From the human T2T-CHM13v2.0 reference genome, Homo sapiens: a stretch of 64,000 nt of DNA. Below the pieces are notes generated by a model. That model saw only the letters and a program-made list of their open reading frames with translations, searched no databases and was not told the DNA's origin. Position numbers and translations under genes: made by a program. Of the stretch, positions 60,500 to 64,000 are shown piece by piece. Where the stretch lies: assembly GCF_009914755.1 (NCBI RefSeq), contig NC_060925.1; one strand, given 5' to 3'. How positions within the stretch are numbered: the first letter of the stretch is position 1; the number at the start of each line of letters is the position of its first letter.

Positions 60500-60680
60500 G
60501 CAAAAGCTTGGCTTTGGAATCAGACAGATGATTTCTGATTTCTGCTTTATCACATGACCTTTGTATGACTTGCTTAACTGTAATCTCTTCCAGCTACAGT
60601 TTTGTCATCTGTAAAAGCTTAGGGGATGTTATAAAGATTAAAGTCCTGGCCTATAAAAAAAGAGATTTAATAAATGTTAA
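60500..60680 (+). mobile_element. MIR fragment
   Basis: ggctttggaatcagacaga...cagtttttgtcatctgtaaaa. Confidence 0.7.
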
Positions 60681-60817
60681 ATTTCTTTCCTTCCATCATG
60701 AATCTTCTTAAAAAATTTGATTTACAAAGTACATATTTTTAAACTATGTTCTTTGCCACTTGCTTATGTAAACCATCTTATTCAACAATATATTACCAAC
60801 ACCTAGTAGAGTGGCTA

Positions 60818-61063
<246 letters not shown>

Positions 61064-62559
61064 TTAAATGAACCTTGAATAACATTTAGAACAGATGATC
61101 ACTATATAAGAATAGAGAATGGTATTTAGGTGACCTGCTCATGACAAACAGCCCATAAAACCTGAACTCTAAATATGAGGGAGAGTGATAGTACTTGTAG
61201 AAACTGTAGTGATGACATTCTTTAAGTCTGGCGCAGGGAGTATTTGGAATTCTAAGGCAAGAATGATACATATTCTGGGAGGAGCTTGGAGAAAAGTGAG
61301 TATGGTGTAGTGTTTTTTAGAAATGGAAAAGACCAGTCAAAATGGCCTTTTTTATCTCTTAAAAGTAGTAACAGAATGACTCATTAGGCTATCTTCACAA
61401 TTCTGATTTTAATAAAATGTAATAAAATCAGTTTTCCCTTCATATATTTTCTGAAATTTGATTCTAACTTTCCTATGGACTGGAATCATTCCATTACTTT
61501 TAATGATGTTAAACACATATACAAAAAGAAGCTTGGAAATAGTTACAAAACTGTCAGAAGATAATTTTTTTTAATAACAGGGAAAAAGTGCATAGGCATT
61601 AGTGCTTTCATTGATCTATATATTGCCACTGGGGTGTCAACACATTTGGCTCTTAGTTGAGGTGGTGGTGGAAAAAAGGCTGCAGAAATTGTATTGAGTT
61701 TTCTTCTGCACAGGGCTCCTTGACTACAGGTGAAAAGGATCTCACTTTTGAGGGAAGGCTGTGTTTGGCAGGAGTTAAAAGTGCTGAGGACATGGAAACT
61801 ATATATAACACCAGAGGTTTGTCAAGGGTGTGGGTCCAGGTGTCCTGATTTTGAAATTTTCTTTTGAGGCTACCTCCTACTGAGTAGAGCACAAAGATTT
61901 CTTTCTCTCTGTAATATGCATGCTTGAACTGGAACAGGATAAGGTTGATGTGAGAGCTTCAGATTACATTTTGACTACTTGTTAAAAGGGCTTCACCTAT
62001 TTATAAGCTTTTTCACTTCCTTATTTCTTTTGTGAAAATCTCTTATTTTCATTCCCAATGACCACACTCTGGAGCTTGTCACCATCTAGAACTGCAGTAC
62101 ATGAAATCTTAAACTCAGTCATTCCACTCTCTGGCCATAATGTCTTTGTCAGTTACATCCCTACCACCTGCCTTACCTCAAAGGAACTTGTAATTCCAGA
62201 ACCCTTTTCCTTCATTCTTACTTATCAGGTTTTCAGTACTTTCAACCTTCCTTTCCGGATGTTGTTCTCCTCTCACCAATAATCTAGATTCTAATCTATT
62301 GTCACAAATGACCTGCAAAACCTGAGACATGCTGAATCCAACGTTTCTATCACTTATGAAGTGTTAGATAGTTGTAGATAAGTGCCACTGGAGAAAATGT
62401 TGTGACCTCCCCGACAGAGCTATGCCATGTTTGTTTGTTTTGTTTTTAAATCTCTAACCGTAGCAGTAACCTGCAATTCTGTCCAGAATTTCTTCATATT
62501 TCCTGATCAGCTCACTCTCTCCTTCTCTAGAGCTATTACCTTAGAGCTTTTACAAAGTA

Positions 62560-63679
62560 AGCTTCTGTCCATTGCCTCCTCAACTTCCCTCTTATTCTTA
62601 GAATACCTTCCTACTTAATTCTTAGAGAAAATGTAAGCCATCGAAAAAGAGCCTCTCAACATCTATCTCTAAATCTAAAGACTCACCTGCATCCATATTC
62701 ACTTTTCTTTCCTCTCTTAAAAGAAGCAATGTCTTTCCTCCTAAACCTCTCTACCTGAACTCTCTGTATTTCTATCCACTTGACCTCTCAAGGAGAGGTA
62801 TTTCTATCCACTTGTCTATTAATGATCCCAACTCTCTCAAATTCATTCTATATTTGCTCCTTCCTATCAGCATTAAGCTTGCTTAAATCTCTCCTTTCTT
62901 AAAATCAAAATCTTTCCTTGACTCCATATTTGCCTACATTTATTCTCATGTATCTTCTCCATTAAGGCCAACCTTTTGAATGAGTTATCAATTCTCACTT
63001 CCCAACCTTCCTTTACTCTTTATATTTTTCTATATGTCTATTTTTCTATACGTTTACAAGTCTATTATTCTCACTAAGGGTTACACTGACTTCTTACGAT
63101 TAAATTCAACGGATAATTGTTATTCCTTATAGCCCTCCGTAATATTTAATGTTGTTCCTCTGTTCCTTTCTCTGTAAACATTTCTTGGTGGCTGTGACTC
63201 TATATTCTTTTGTTTCATTTCTCCATTTTTCCATGCTAACTCTTCTTACCCAACTTTTTTTGCTAGCTTATTTTCCTTGCTCATTTCTTAAATACTGATG
63301 TTTCTATGAGCTTTATTTTTAGCCTTCTCTTTGTTACATGTAAGCTCTTGGTTAATCTAATTAGGTTCCATGGCTTAATTTTATTCCCATGTGCTGATGA
63401 CTCTTAAATCTATATCTCCATTCAGTGCCTCTTCTGAATGTTGATTCACATATGTAGTTCCTCTTGGGGTTCCCACAGATCTATGTCTGTTTTTGCTTGC
63501 TCAGGCTGCCATAACAAAATACCATAGACTGGGTGGTTTGCACAAAAGAAATTTATTTTCTCACAATTATGGAGGCTAGAAGTTTGAAATCAGGGTGTCA
63601 GCATGACTGGATTCTGGTGAGGGCTCCCTTCCTAGCTGCAGACGGCTGCCTTCTCATTGTGTCCTCACATAACAGTTCT

Positions 63680-63720
<41 letters not shown>

Positions 63721-64000
63721 CCCCCTGACTCTTTCTCTCTCTTCTTATAAGGCCATAGACCTATTGAATTAGTGTCCCACCCTTATGATCTCCTTTAACC
63801 TTAATTACTTCTGTAAAGGCCCTATCTCAGGATACAGTCACTTTGGGGGGTTAAGGCTTTAATATATGAATTTGGGGGGAACATAATTCAGTCCATAGCA
63901 ATGTCCACGATTGAACTTATTAGATCTACACTAAAACCAGCTCAATTTCCTATGTTCCCAATTTCAGTGAATAGCACCAGAGACCGTACAAAGTAGTGGT
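62560..64000 (+). mobile_element. L2 internal region interrupted by MLT1A0
   Basis: cccatgtgctgatgactcttaaatctatatctcc (L2 RT region), resuming after 63905. Confidence 0.7.
63488..63900 (-). mobile_element. MLT1A0-like solo LTR with an internal (CT)n expansion
   Basis: gctgccataacaaaataccatagactgggtgg...aattcagtccatagca; perfect TSD atgtc at 63483-63487 and 63901-63905. Confidence 0.92.

Overview
Primate, almost certainly human, AT-rich non-coding genomic DNA (intronic or intergenic), mostly interspersed repeats. I can support no host protein-coding exon, RNA gene or CRISPR array. Every recognisable ORF in the supplied track comes from an Alu, L1, MaLR, Tigger or ERVL element. Main contents: a full-length minus-strand L1PA7-like LINE-1, a complete THE1B-like LTR-int-LTR element, a near-complete Tigger1, a Tigger2a, a 5'-truncated L1PA3-like element, an ERVL remnant, about 14 Alu/FLAM copies and many L2, MIR, MLT and MER fragments. 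The best signals are four cases of mobile elements carrying or acquiring non-self DNA. (1) The L1PA7 has a ~0.9 kb 3' transduction, shown by a displaced target-site duplication (TSD), a second poly(A) and an ATTAAA signal. (2) An old L1MA8/9-type 3' end was re-retrotransposed into the younger L1PA7 with a perfect 15-bp TSD. (3) The L1PA3 has a 62-bp 3' transduction. (4) A ~245-bp copy of nearby DNA sits inside Tigger2a. Subfamily names come from my recollection of consensus sequences, not a RepeatMasker run, and the boundaries of old elements are approximate.
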